A stretch of 64,000 nt of DNA from Puniceicoccaceae bacterium (GTDB lineage: Bacteria > Verrucomicrobiota > Verrucomicrobiia > Opitutales > Oceanipulchritudinaceae), in contig JBFOMH010000002.1 of the NCBI GenBank assembly GCA_040830765.1, forward strand, positions 1-64,000, read 5' to 3'. The position numbers were made by a program, and so were the translations under genes. The notes beneath the pieces were generated by a model. The model was not told the DNA's origin, did not search any database, and saw only the letters and a list, made by a program, of their open reading frames with translations. Below, piece after piece: positions 38,681-49,003 of the stretch. Position 1 is the first letter of the stretch. Every line of letters starts with the position of its first letter.

Positions 38681-39246
38681 TTGCGCCAATCCTCCGGTCC
38701 CTCCTCCGGTTCTGTCTCTTCATCCGGCCAGCCAAGCTCGTCGAGGGCCAGGTCCATGTCCTCGTCAAAGATTCGCTTTTCAAGGGATTCGTTCAGCTGG
38801 GCCATTTCCAAGGCGGCATGGGCAAACTCAGCCCCGCGATTCATTTCCCCGGTAATGCGGGCCTCGGCCTGTTCCTCGTTACGCACAGTGATGATCCCGT
38901 TAATGACCGGAATCTCAAAGTTGATCCCGATGGTCTGCAGGGCATGGGCCGTGGCATGGGCAATGACGGCATGGTGCTCAGTATCCCCCTCGACAATAAG
39001 GCCAAGCCCGATGATCACATCGAAGCTGCCGGTCTTGGAAGCCATGGCGGCGGCATGGGGAATCTCGTTGGAACCGGGCACCCGGAAGACTTCAATGTCA
39101 TCGGCCCGCACGCCACTGGAGCCAAGGGTGTCGAGCACCGATTCCAGCAAGGCATTGACCAATTGGAAATTGTAACGGGCGGCAATGATCGCCACCCGGC
39201 AGCCTTCACCATCGATGGCGAGACTCTCTGGTTTATCCGTACTCAT
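38677..39246 (-). CDS. ribH: 6,7-dimethyl-8-ribityllumazine synthase with acidic C-terminal tail
   Basis: AIIAARYN, VPGSNEIP, GDTEH, QAEAR; start ATG 39246. Confidence 0.92.
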   Translation of the reverse strand: MSTDKPESLAIDGEGCRVAIIAARYNFQLVNALLESVLDTLGSSGVRADDIEVFRVPGSNEIPHAAAMASKTGSFDVIIGLGLIVEGDTEHHAVIAHATAHALQTIGINFEIPVINGIITVRNEEQAEARITGEMNRGAEFAHAALEMAQLNESLEKRIFDEDMDLALDELGWPDEETEPEEGPEDWRK

Positions 39247-39338
39247 GGTTTTGGCCAAATTGAAGGGCCTGTTCCACAAGTCAAGGGAGCAGTGCAACCT
39301 TGCCATGGGTGCGTTCTCCCGGCATGACGGGGACGAGG

Positions 39339-40286
39339 ATGGAGAACAACCGCCAAGTACCCCGATTTCCTGAACGCTGGGACCCGGCATGGATTGGCCG
39401 GCGGCGGCAATTGGAAGTCAAGCGGCTGGGTTATTGCGGGGAATCGGACCCAACGCACAGGCCTTCCCTGCCTTGGCCTTACCGTCTCTTCAAAATCGGC
39501 CTGAAGTTAAGCGGGCTCTATCGGCGCGGCCACCGGAATTTCCAGCAAATCCGACTCACCCGCATCGAGCACTCAATCGGCGAATGGCCGCCTTACCTTG
39601 ACGGCTACCGGATCCTGCAAATCTCTGATCTGCATGCCGACCTGGACCCTTGCTTCCTCGATCCCCTGTGCCGAGTGCTGGCGGACATCGAGGCGGACAT
39701 AACCGTTTTAACCGGTGACTTCTGGGAAGGCTCCAACAGTGAGTTTTCAACTGCCCTGGCAGCCATGGAAAGGCTCCTGAACACGCTGCCCCTTTCCCGT
39801 CATGGCCGTTTCGGGGTTCTGGGAAACCATGACCCCGCAGCCCTTGGCGCCAGACTGGAAGAGATGGGCATCAGAATGCTGATCAACGAGTCGGTGACCA
39901 TTGAAGCCGATGGAGCCGCTTTCGCCCTGGCAGGTATTGATGATGCTTATTACTTCAGGCTCCATGATATCAATTCCGCTGCCTCCACTATTCCGGATGG
40001 CCTGCCCCGCATCCTCCTGAGTCACAGTCCACAGGTGGCAGCGGAGGCGGAGGCTGCCGGTTTTCAGCTAATGCTGAGCGGGCATACCCACGGCGGCCAG
40101 GTCTGCCTGCCCGGCGGCTATTCCCTCGTCCGTATGGAAGTGGTTCCCGGACCATTGTTCAAGGGCCGGTGGCGTCACGGCTCCCTCAAGGGCTACACGA
40201 CAACCGGGGCCGGCGCCTGCCATGTCCCGGTTCGCTTCAACTGCCCGGCCGAAGTTGTCCTGCACACCATGCGATCCCCTGCTTAG
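39339..40286 (+). CDS. Calcineurin-like metallophosphoesterase (YkuE-like)
   Basis: SDLH, TGD, GNHD, LSH, GHTHGGQ. Confidence 0.9.
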   Translation: MENNRQVPRFPERWDPAWIGRRRQLEVKRLGYCGESDPTHRPSLPWPYRLFKIGLKLSGLYRRGHRNFQQIRLTRIEHSIGEWPPYLDGYRILQISDLHADLDPCFLDPLCRVLADIEADITVLTGDFWEGSNSEFSTALAAMERLLNTLPLSRHGRFGVLGNHDPAALGARLEEMGIRMLINESVTIEADGAAFALAGIDDAYYFRLHDINSAASTIPDGLPRILLSHSPQVAAEAEAAGFQLMLSGHTHGGQVCLPGGYSLVRMEVVPGPLFKGRWRHGSLKGYTTTGAGACHVPVRFNCPAEVVLHTMRSPA

Positions 40287-41062
40287 CGATGAAAGCGGGT
40301 CAGGTGCGCGCTGAGAAGGATCAGGCTCAGCAGTAAGCCGGGCAGGATGACCAGTGTCGGGGCCTGGTAAAGGAAGGCCTGGTTCTGTTTCAAGATGGAG
40401 CCGAGCTCGGCAAAGTCCGGATCGCCGATAAGGCCAAGGAAGGCGAGGCCGCTCAGCTCAAGCGCACTGATGGCAAAGAGCAGCCGGCAGAGGGCGAAAA
40501 GATCCGGCCGGAGGTTGGGCCAGATGGCCCAGCGGAACAGCTGCCACCCCTGTGATCCAAGAACCTCGCTGGAGCGGACATACAAGGCGCCCCGCACATT
40601 CATCCAGTAGACCCGCAATTGGCGGAAGGCAAAGGCCATGTTGCCCAGCCCGACCGCCAGGACCAGCGCGCCCGGGGATGGTTTGAGAAAGACCAGCAGG
40701 AGCAAGCCAATGAAAATGACCGGGAAGGCCACCCAAAGTCCGATTCCCATACGCACCAGCCTCCCCAGCCATCCGGGCCCGCCCTGCTCCACCACCACCA
40801 GGGCGGAGGCCAGAAGGAGGGAAATACCGAGGGCCGCAGCGGCAAGGCTGACCGTATTGGCCCCGCCCCGCCAGAGCCGGCTGGCAAAGTCCCGGCCAAG
40901 GCCGTCGATACCGAGCCAATGGCTCAGGGACGGGCCCTCAAGGGCGGCTCCCCGGAAGGCCTGCGACATCGGATCGTGCGGTGTCACGAAGAGCCCGGTC
41001 AGGACCAGCAGAAAAAGAAACAGAGCCCAGGCATCCCCGATGCGGATCTTCAGGTCAGGCAT
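40283..41062 (-). CDS. Peptide/nickel ABC permease, DppC-like
   Basis: HWLGIDGLGRD, LAFLGL. Confidence 0.85.
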   Translation of the reverse strand: MPDLKIRIGDAWALFLFLLVLTGLFVTPHDPMSQAFRGAALEGPSLSHWLGIDGLGRDFASRLWRGGANTVSLAAAALGISLLLASALVVVEQGGPGWLGRLVRMGIGLWVAFPVIFIGLLLLVFLKPSPGALVLAVGLGNMAFAFRQLRVYWMNVRGALYVRSSEVLGSQGWQLFRWAIWPNLRPDLFALCRLLFAISALELSGLAFLGLIGDPDFAELGSILKQNQAFLYQAPTLVILPGLLLSLILLSAHLTRFHR

Positions 41063-42119
41063 CGCTGTCCTCCGGTTTGATGCTCAACTGGTGGTCCAGT
41101 TGCCGGGCCAGGTAGTCGAATCCGGTAATGGCCAGCAGGGCCATGACAACTACCAGGAGCAGCCCGTGCTGAATAACGAAAAGGTCCCGGTTGAGCACGC
41201 CGTCGACAAGGAATCGCCCCATACCCGGCCAGGAGTAGACCGTTTCGGTCAGGACCGCCCCACCCAGCAGGGCACCGGCCTGGGTCCCGATGACTGTCAC
41301 CACCGGCCCGCTAACCAGTCGCAGGATATGGCGGCCCCAGATGCGGAAGGAAGAAAAGCCGCGGGCCTTGAGGGCTGTCACCAACCGCTGGATGTAGGAT
41401 TCCCCAAGCCGGGCTTCCAGCGTCCCGGCGACAACAGCCGCCGGATAGAGCCCAAGGGTCAGGACCGGCAGGGCAAGGTGGCGGACGGTTATCCAGAAGG
41501 CCTCGGGATCGCCGGCAAGGATTGCGTCGAGAAGAAAAAAGCCGGTACCGCTGGGTGAAGGATGGGCAAAGTCGAAGCGTCCCCCGACCGGAAGCGCTCC
41601 CAGGGCAACGGAGAAGAAGAGGATGAATAGGAGCCCAATCCAGAAGATGGGCACCGTGAGGCCGAGGGCGGCGAGGCCACGGACCGGCTGGAGAAGGAAG
41701 CGCCAGCCGGTGGCATGGGCCATCAGGACCATGGAAATCCCAAGGGTTGTCCCGAAAAGCACCCCGAGGACGGAAAGCTCAATGGTCGCGGGTAGAAAGC
41801 GGGCAACCTCCTCCCGCACTGGGCGGCCACTGATAAGGCTCTGGCCCCAGTCGAGGGTGAGAAAGTCCGCCACTCCACGGGTGTAGCGGAGCAACCAGGG
41901 ATCATTGAGGCCAAGGCTCTCACGGATCTCCATGATCCGGGCCGGATCGGGGTTTTTCACCCGCAGGCTGACCGGATCCTCCGGCATCGCCTCAAGGGCA
42001 AGGAAGATCCCGAAGCTGGCTATAAGGAAGATGACCGCGAAGCGCCTCAGCTCGGCAAGGAGCAGACGCGCCTGCTTCCGGCGATGGTCCTTCGGCCTGG
42101 CGGTTTCCTTCCCGTCCAT
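41055..42119 (-). CDS. Peptide/nickel ABC permease, DppB-like
   Basis: DWGQS, LPATIEL, PIFW, GAVLTETVYSWPGMG. Confidence 0.9.
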   Translation of the reverse strand: MDGKETARPKDHRRKQARLLLAELRRFAVIFLIASFGIFLALEAMPEDPVSLRVKNPDPARIMEIRESLGLNDPWLLRYTRGVADFLTLDWGQSLISGRPVREEVARFLPATIELSVLGVLFGTTLGISMVLMAHATGWRFLLQPVRGLAALGLTVPIFWIGLLFILFFSVALGALPVGGRFDFAHPSPSGTGFFLLDAILAGDPEAFWITVRHLALPVLTLGLYPAAVVAGTLEARLGESYIQRLVTALKARGFSSFRIWGRHILRLVSGPVVTVIGTQAGALLGGAVLTETVYSWPGMGRFLVDGVLNRDLFVIQHGLLLVVVMALLAITGFDYLARQLDHQLSIKPEDSDA

Positions 42120-42124
42120 CGCGT

Positions 42125-43735
42125 TCAGTCCTCCTCGGAATCCGATCCCCAGTGAACCGGCCCGAAGAAATGGTTTCCGGTTGGGGAAAGCTGGTAGCCC
42201 CGGACACGCTTGTCGAGGACCGTGATTTGCTTCCCCTGGACCAGGGGAACCAGGGGCAAGTCACGCGCCCACAAATCAAGGACCTTGGCATAAATCTGCT
42301 CCCGGGCAACAGGTTCAGCGACCGCCAGCGCGGCATCCAGATACTGGTCCATCTCCGCATTGCGGTAGAAGGAGATGTTGGTTGCCGACCCCGGTACCGC
42401 CGCCTTGCTGTGGAAAAAGGTAGAGAGAAAATTGTCGGGATCCGGCGTGTCCGCCATCCACCCAAGGAGGGCCATCTCAAACTCGCCTCGCCGGGTGACA
42501 TGGAGGTGGCTCTTGAACTCCCGGTTGATGATTTCCACCTTGAAACCGACGGCCTCGAGGTCGTTGCGGATGAGGGAGGCAATCCTCTGTGGGTCGGGGA
42601 AGTACATCCGCGGCTGCCCGAAGGTAGCCAGTGTGATGGGCTTCGCAGTCCACTCGGGATGAGCCGCAACGAGTGCCTTGGCGGCCTCGACATCGCGACG
42701 GATGGGGCCCTCATCATCCGGGATGCCGAGGAAACTGGGCGGGGCCGGGTAATTGGCCACCTCGCCGTAGCCGTCGAGGGCCAGGGCAACCAGGTTTTCC
42801 CGGTCAATGGCCATGGCAACAGCACGCCGCAAATCGGGATCCTGCATGCGTTCATTGAGGAGACTGAACGACAGGTACCCGACATTCATTCCCGGAGCGC
42901 TATGGATCTCAAAGCGGGGATCCTCCAGCAGGTCAGCCAGCTCGGAAGGTTGGATGCCGTCCAGTCCATGAATGTGGCCGGCCACGAGCTCAGACAAACG
43001 CGATGTGTTAAGGGGAATGGAGCGGATGACCAAGCGCTCGAAGCCCGGCTCCGGCGTTCCCCAGTAATCGGGATTGCGCTCCATGATAATGGCCTCGTTG
43101 GGTCGCCACTCGACGAAGCGGTACGGCCCGGTCCCGACAGGATTGAACGGCATCTGGGCCCCGTGTTTTTCAAACCCTCCCGGGCTGACCAACCAGGCCG
43201 GGAAGCTGGCCAAGGCACTCAGCAGGCCGGCGTTGGGCCGGGACAGGTGCAGTCGCAGGGTCATCGAATCGACCACTTCCACCCGCTCGACATCCCCGTA
43301 TAGATTTTGCCAATACTGGAAGCTGGCATCCGGGAAGTGTGCCGGATGATCCGGATCCATCTGCCGGTCAAAGCTGAAGCGGGCCGTTTCGGCATTCAAG
43401 GGCGTACCATCGTGGAAGCGGACCCCTTCGCGGAGCTGGAAGGTGTAGCTGAGGCCGTCCGGCGAAATGCTGTAGCTCTCGGCGAGCCGCGGTTCCACCT
43501 CGAGGGTGCCGGGAACAAATCCGAGCAGGCCCTCGAACATCTGGGCCATCGTGTTGACCGATTCCCCATCATCCACATCCGCCGGATCCAGCTTTTGCGC
43601 ATCGGCCCCGCGGGCAAAGATGAAGGCGGAAGGTGCCTCGCCGGTGGTGCCTCCACCCTTGCCGCAGCCAGTCAGAAAGGTTCCCAGCAGGAAGCCGAGA
43701 ATTCCCGGCAGGAGAAAGCGTTTCAAATTGAGCAT
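42125..43735 (-). CDS. Peptide ABC substrate-binding lipoprotein (SBP family 5)
   Basis: Lipobox LTGC, LDPA, LREGVRFHDG, PVGTGPY. Confidence 0.92.
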   Translation of the reverse strand: MLNLKRFLLPGILGFLLGTFLTGCGKGGGTTGEAPSAFIFARGADAQKLDPADVDDGESVNTMAQMFEGLLGFVPGTLEVEPRLAESYSISPDGLSYTFQLREGVRFHDGTPLNAETARFSFDRQMDPDHPAHFPDASFQYWQNLYGDVERVEVVDSMTLRLHLSRPNAGLLSALASFPAWLVSPGGFEKHGAQMPFNPVGTGPYRFVEWRPNEAIIMERNPDYWGTPEPGFERLVIRSIPLNTSRLSELVAGHIHGLDGIQPSELADLLEDPRFEIHSAPGMNVGYLSFSLLNERMQDPDLRRAVAMAIDRENLVALALDGYGEVANYPAPPSFLGIPDDEGPIRRDVEAAKALVAAHPEWTAKPITLATFGQPRMYFPDPQRIASLIRNDLEAVGFKVEIINREFKSHLHVTRRGEFEMALLGWMADTPDPDNFLSTFFHSKAAVPGSATNISFYRNAEMDQYLDAALAVAEPVAREQIYAKVLDLWARDLPLVPLVQGKQITVLDKRVRGYQLSPTGNHFFGPVHWGSDSEED

Positions 43736-43777
43736 AGATCTGCTCTAAGCAGATGCTGGCCCATGGCAAGGTTGCTG

Positions 43778-45046
43778 TTACTGCGTGATCTCGTACGGCG
43801 GAAGGACACGCTCAACGGTTATCCGGCCAAGGCGGGTAAATGTCGGAAGCCCACCTTCATGCGGAACCGGGACTTCGCCCTGTACCAGCGGGGAAGCATA
43901 TTTCACAAACTGGTAATTGAGGGAAATGCCATCCTCGTTGATCCAGGAGGCCGGCAACGACTTGACGCCATTGGCAATTTCGCTGAGGTCGGCCAGCCCG
44001 GTTTCACAGGCATAAAGGTCTGAATCGGCGCGGGTCAGGGTGACCATCTTGTCGGTTTCCCCCTCCAGGGCAGCCTGGACTGCCGCCTTGCCAACCATGT
44101 AGGCTTCGTCGTTGTCAGCCTTGGAGGCGTTCCCGGCTGCACAGCGCTGGGCGTGTCCGGGACGGATGGAACGGGTCTTGAGTCCGCTGAAATGCTGATC
44201 GATAAGCCCCTTGAGGTAATCGCCGGCACCACCGAGCTGGGCATGGCCAAAGCTGTCCTGGCCGCCTCCGGCGGTGGAAATGTAGTTCCCGTTGCTGTCC
44301 ACGAGTCCTTCACCAACAACGATGAGGCAGAATTTCTCCCGCTTGAGGACCTCGGCCACGTCGTCGAGGAACTTGTCGGTCTCAAAAGCCACCTCGGGGA
44401 GGTAGATGAGGTGCGGGGCATCATTCGGAAAGTCGCGGCGCTTGGCCAGGGTTGCTCCGGCGGCAATCCAGCCGGCAGAGCGGCCCATGACCTCGAGGAT
44501 GTAGACGAGGTCGTGCTGTCCCATGGCCTCGGCATCGCAAGCCAGTTCACGGACGGTACTGGCAACATGCTTGATGACCGAGCCGTAGCCGGGCGTGTGG
44601 TCAGTGACGACCAGGTCGTTGTCAACGGTCTTGGGAATGCCGATGACCCGCATTTCCCAACCGGTTGAGGCCGCCAGCTTGGAAATCTTGTCAGCCGTGT
44701 CCTGGGAGTCATTGCCCCCGATGTAGAAGAAATACCGGATATTGTGGGCCTTGAAGACATCCACCACCCGCTGGAAATCGGCTTCTTTCTTTAATTTATA
44801 ACGGCAGGTCCCGAGGGCGGAAGCCGGCGTAAAACGGAGGCCGCGAATGGCCTGCTGGGATTCCTCGGCGAGGTCGATGAGGTTCTCCTGGAGGATTCCG
44901 AGGACCCCGTTGAGGCCACCGTAAATTTCCTCAATGCAATCATGGTTCAGCGCTTCCTCAATGACCCCGGCAAGGCTGGCGTTAATGACAGCGGTGGGAC
45001 CACCGCTCTGAGCTACAAGTACGTTTCCGTTAAGTTCTTCTGCCAT
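43778..45046 (-). CDS. 6-phosphofructokinase, probably PPi-dependent
   Basis: QSGGPT, GGNDSQD, PKTVDND, EVMGR. Confidence 0.92.
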   Translation of the reverse strand: MAEELNGNVLVAQSGGPTAVINASLAGVIEEALNHDCIEEIYGGLNGVLGILQENLIDLAEESQQAIRGLRFTPASALGTCRYKLKKEADFQRVVDVFKAHNIRYFFYIGGNDSQDTADKISKLAASTGWEMRVIGIPKTVDNDLVVTDHTPGYGSVIKHVASTVRELACDAEAMGQHDLVYILEVMGRSAGWIAAGATLAKRRDFPNDAPHLIYLPEVAFETDKFLDDVAEVLKREKFCLIVVGEGLVDSNGNYISTAGGGQDSFGHAQLGGAGDYLKGLIDQHFSGLKTRSIRPGHAQRCAAGNASKADNDEAYMVGKAAVQAALEGETDKMVTLTRADSDLYACETGLADLSEIANGVKSLPASWINEDGISLNYQFVKYASPLVQGEVPVPHEGGLPTFTRLGRITVERVLPPYEITQ

Positions 45047-45163
45047 GTCTGTAGAAATTTAAAGATCAAAACCCCAACGGTGTGGCCTTTAATTTTCCTT
45101 GGCAAATCAATTTAATCGAATCTTCGTGGGCATTGCCGGCCCTCCGCGGGGCCGCCCGGATCG

Positions 45164-46060
45164 ATGCCAATTTCCACCTACAACAGAGGGGTCATCGCAG
45201 CTGTCGTGGCCTACACCTACTGGAGCCTGATTCCCGTCTACTGGAAGCTGCTGGTTGGAATCAGTGCCCAGGAGTTGCTCTACAGCCGGTTGCTGCTGAC
45301 CTTCCTGACCTGCCTGATTCTCCTGCCATTGAGGGGCACGTTCCGGACCTTTCTGGCCTCCTGGCAGGATCCGACCCTCGTCAAGCAACGGCTTTTCGCG
45401 GCGATCCTGATCTCGGGAAACTGGTTTTCCTTCATGTGGTCAGTCGTCAATGACCGGGTCATGGAATCCAGCCTCGGGTACTTTCTCTGTCCGCTGGTCA
45501 GTGTCCTTCTGGGGCGCTTCATCGAGAAGGAACATCTCGGCTTCAGCCGCTGGCTGGCTGTCGGGTTTGCGGCCATCGGAGTGAGCTTTATTGTCAGTGG
45601 AGCTCACCACTTTCCCTATGCAGGCATTGTCATCGCCGTTACCTGGGCCGGTTATGGCCTGGCCAAGAAACGCAGTTCACAAGGTCCGCTGGTCGGACTG
45701 GGCATGGAGGTTGGCCTGCTCGCACCGGTTGCGGCAGCCCTGCTTCTCTGGACGGCTTCCCGGCAACCCCTGACAATTGCTGAAGTGGACGGAACGACCC
45801 TCGGGGTGCTTTCCCTGGTCGGACTGGTTACCGTCATTCCCCTGATTCTATTTGCCTATGCCGCCCAGAGGATTCGCTTGAGCACAATGGGAATGGGCCA
45901 GTACATCGTCCCATCGGTTTTCTTCGTCCTCGCCATCTTCTATGGAGAACCGGTTACCCCACTCCTGCTGGCAGGATTTGCCTTCATCTGGGTGGGTTTG
46001 GCCCTCTATGCCTACTCCGCGCGGCAGACAAATCCCGTTGACGATAAGGGCGAGGCGTAG
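45164..46060 (+). CDS. rarD: RarD/EamA family transporter
   Basis: About 10 TMs; SLGYFLCPL, YGLAKK, GQYIVPS. Confidence 0.85.
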   Translation: MPISTYNRGVIAAVVAYTYWSLIPVYWKLLVGISAQELLYSRLLLTFLTCLILLPLRGTFRTFLASWQDPTLVKQRLFAAILISGNWFSFMWSVVNDRVMESSLGYFLCPLVSVLLGRFIEKEHLGFSRWLAVGFAAIGVSFIVSGAHHFPYAGIVIAVTWAGYGLAKKRSSQGPLVGLGMEVGLLAPVAAALLLWTASRQPLTIAEVDGTTLGVLSLVGLVTVIPLILFAYAAQRIRLSTMGMGQYIVPSVFFVLAIFYGEPVTPLLLAGFAFIWVGLALYAYSARQTNPVDDKGEA

Positions 46061-46071
46061 ACATTGGATCC

Positions 46072-46533
46072 ATGAGTCAAATCGAGGAACGCCTTGCCGA
46101 GTTGGGATTCACGCTTCCCGAAGCACCGCAGGCGGCAGGTAACTACCTGCCTTACCGGATCTCCGGAAACCTGCTCTTCCTTTCAGGGGTTCTGCCTCTT
46201 CGAGACGGACAGTTCAGCCATCTTGGGAAGGTGGGTCAGGAACAAACAGAAGAGACCGCCTACGAGGCCGCCCGCAACTGCATCCTGACCGCATTGCCAA
46301 ACATCAAGGCGGCGCTTGGCTCGCTGGACCGGGTGAGCAAGGTGATACTGGTCAATGGCTACGTCAACGGGGTGGACGGATTCGCCAACAGTCCCCAGGT
46401 CATCAATGGGGCGAGCGACTTTCTGGTCGAGTTGTTCGGTGAAGCCGGTCGCCATGCCCGGACAGCGGTCTCCGTATCCGGACTGCCCAAGGATGTAACG
46501 GTGGAGCTGCAAATCACCCTCGAATTTACCTGA
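46072..46533 (+). CDS. RidA/YjgF family protein
   Basis: AAGNYLP, INGASD, GRHARTAV. Confidence 0.9.
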   Translation: MSQIEERLAELGFTLPEAPQAAGNYLPYRISGNLLFLSGVLPLRDGQFSHLGKVGQEQTEETAYEAARNCILTALPNIKAALGSLDRVSKVILVNGYVNGVDGFANSPQVINGASDFLVELFGEAGRHARTAVSVSGLPKDVTVELQITLEFT

Positions 46534-47513
46534 TGCTGAAGAAACACGGATTCATCATCGCCCTGGTCGGGGTGGTTATCCTGGCAGGACTCTTTCCGGG
46601 ACTTGGGGCCAGGGACGGAATGCTCAAGGCGGGCTTGCTGAGCAAGCTCGGGGTGATGGTCATTTTCTTTCTTCAGGGACTTTCACTGAAAACCAGCGAG
46701 CTGGCTGAAGGGCTCAAGGATTTGCGCCTCCATGCCTTCATCCAGGGATGGATCTTTCTCTTTGCGGCATTCTTCCTCTTCCCGGCAGCGGTCTGCATGC
46801 GGGCCATGGGGCATCCGGACATCGCCAACGGTTTCCTCTATCTGATCCTCGTTCCGACGACCATTTCCAGCGCGGTGGCTTTCAGCAGTGCGGCCGGTGG
46901 CAACGTCCCCGCAGCCATCTTCAATGTCACCCTGGCAAACCTCCTGGGCGTCTTCTGGGTTCCCACAGGTTGCCTTCTTTTCTTTGCCTCCAGCGGTGGT
47001 TTGTCGACCGAGCTTCTCCTGCCCCTGCTGGGCAAGATCGCCCAATTGATCCTGCTTCCCTTGCTGGTTGGCCAGATCCTCCGGCCATTCGTCCGCGATT
47101 CCCAGACCCTTGCCCGCATCCAGCCCTCCTTCAAGGTAATCAACCACTCCATCATCCTCTTCATCATCTTTGCTGCCCTTGCCCAAAGTTTCCTTTCCAA
47201 GGCATGGGACGGGATCAGTCCCTGGAGCCTGAGCCTCCTCCTCTTGCTCACCCTGATAATCGTGTTGCTGATCCATGCCGGGACCTGGTGGAGCAGCGGC
47301 CAACTGGGCCTCAAGCATGCCGACCGGGTAACGGCACTGTTCTGTGGTTCCCAAAAGACACTTGCTGCCGGTGCACCGATGGCGGTGGCCATCTTCGCCG
47401 AAGGCAGTGCCCTCGCCGGGATCAATCTCGGACTGCTTTTATTGCCCCTGCTCTGCTTCCATCCAATCCAGTTGCTGGTGGCAGCGCTTATTCTTCCCCG
47501 ACTAGCGAACTGA
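46533..47513 (+). CDS. Bile acid:sodium symporter-like transporter
   Basis: IFFLQGLSL, PTTISSAV, GGN, FCGSQKT. Confidence 0.88.
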   Translation: MLKKHGFIIALVGVVILAGLFPGLGARDGMLKAGLLSKLGVMVIFFLQGLSLKTSELAEGLKDLRLHAFIQGWIFLFAAFFLFPAAVCMRAMGHPDIANGFLYLILVPTTISSAVAFSSAAGGNVPAAIFNVTLANLLGVFWVPTGCLLFFASSGGLSTELLLPLLGKIAQLILLPLLVGQILRPFVRDSQTLARIQPSFKVINHSIILFIIFAALAQSFLSKAWDGISPWSLSLLLLLTLIIVLLIHAGTWWSSGQLGLKHADRVTALFCGSQKTLAAGAPMAVAIFAEGSALAGINLGLLLLPLLCFHPIQLLVAALILPRLAN

Positions 47514-48987
47514 CCGTTCCGAAGGAATCCTTGAGGTCCGGATAGAGCTTCCGGTAAACGGGATATAGGGTGTCATAGGCTGCCTGGTCTGCTCCGGGGT
47601 CCGTGGTTCCCGTCTCCTTGAGCATGGCATCGCAGGCGCTTTCGACATCACTATGGGCACCCACACCAACTGAGGCGAGGACCGCAGCCCCGTAGGCACC
47701 TCCTTCGGAAGCATTAACGGTGACGATCCGGGCCTTGAAATTATCGGCCAGGATCTGCCGCCACAAGGGCGACTTGGCCCCGCCGCCGCTGGCCACAATC
47801 TGCTGTGGCTGGATGCCGAGATCCCGCATGATTTCCAATGCATCGCGCAGGCCGAACGTCACGCCTTCCATGACCGAACGGGCCATATGCTCCAGCCCAT
47901 GGCGCAAGCTGAGCCCGAAAAAGACCCCCTTGGCATGTGGATCCGGATGCGGGGTGCGTTCTCCGCTCAGGTAGGGCAGGAAGACAAGTCCCTCGGAGCC
48001 GGCCTTGACGCCCCCAGCCAACTTATCGAGGTCCTTGAAGGACATTCCCTGGGCGACTTTTTCGTGGAACCACTGGTAGGAACCGGCACAGCTGAGCTGG
48101 ACGCCCATGAAATGCCACTTGCCAGGAACAGCGGAGCAAAATGTGTGCAGCCGTCCCTGCGGGTCCGGCTTGTAGGAATCGGCATGGGCGAAGACCACAC
48201 CACTCGTCCCGAGAGTGGCCGAGACCACACCCGTGCGGACGATGCCGCAGCCAACAGCACCGGCCGCCTGGTCACCGCCGCCGGCAATGATCGGTGTTCC
48301 CTCGAGCAGTCCCGTCAGGCGGGCAGCTTCGGCGGAAACACTGGCCGAGGCGACCGTCGATTCCGTCACCTCCGGCAGCATCTCCTTGGAAACACCACAG
48401 GCCTCCAGCATCCGCTCCGACCATTGCCGCTTGCCCACATTGAGCAGTGACATCCCGGAAGCATCCGAGACATCCGTGGCAAATGATCCGCTGAGGCGGT
48501 AGCGAATGTAGTCCTTCGGCAAAAGGATTTTAGCCGTATTGGCCCAAACGTCCGGTTCCTTCTCCTGGACCCAGGCAATCTTTGGGGCGGTAAAGCCGGG
48601 AAGAATGGGATTTCCGGTCAATTCAAGGACTTCCGCAGCACCGACTTTCCGGGTCAGCGATTCGCACTGTTCACCGGTCCGCTGGTCATTCCACATGATG
48701 CAGGGACGCAGGACCTTCCCTTCGGCATCCAGCAGGACCAGTCCGTGCATCTGTCCGGTCAACCCGATACCCTGGATGGCGTTGGCCCCGTATTGTTCAA
48801 CCACTTCACGAAGCGCCCCGAGGCAGGCTTCCCACCAGTCTGCCGGATCGGATTCCGCCCACAATGGTTTAGGGGTGCGGAAGGCGTAGGTCGGGGACAG
48901 GACCTGGATCACCTCTCCCGCGGCATCAATGACGACCACCTTGGCCGAGGAGGTCCCGACATCAATTCCAATGAAGTACTCGCTCAT
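47488..48987 (-). CDS. xylB: Xylulokinase
   Basis: GIDVGTS, TGQMHG, WNDQR, PYLSGERTPH; downstream of xylA. Confidence 0.94.
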   Translation of the reverse strand: MSEYFIGIDVGTSSAKVVVIDAAGEVIQVLSPTYAFRTPKPLWAESDPADWWEACLGALREVVEQYGANAIQGIGLTGQMHGLVLLDAEGKVLRPCIMWNDQRTGEQCESLTRKVGAAEVLELTGNPILPGFTAPKIAWVQEKEPDVWANTAKILLPKDYIRYRLSGSFATDVSDASGMSLLNVGKRQWSERMLEACGVSKEMLPEVTESTVASASVSAEAARLTGLLEGTPIIAGGGDQAAGAVGCGIVRTGVVSATLGTSGVVFAHADSYKPDPQGRLHTFCSAVPGKWHFMGVQLSCAGSYQWFHEKVAQGMSFKDLDKLAGGVKAGSEGLVFLPYLSGERTPHPDPHAKGVFFGLSLRHGLEHMARSVMEGVTFGLRDALEIMRDLGIQPQQIVASGGGAKSPLWRQILADNFKARIVTVNASEGGAYGAAVLASVGVGAHSDVESACDAMLKETGTTDPGADQAAYDTLYPVYRKLYPDLKDSFGTVSSLVGEE

Positions 48988-49003
48988 GGCTTCAGGGTAA
49001 TGA

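Noticed and set aside
47488..47513. 26-nt convergent overlap of symporter and xylB
   Set aside because: Short tail-to-tail overlaps are common in compact genomes.
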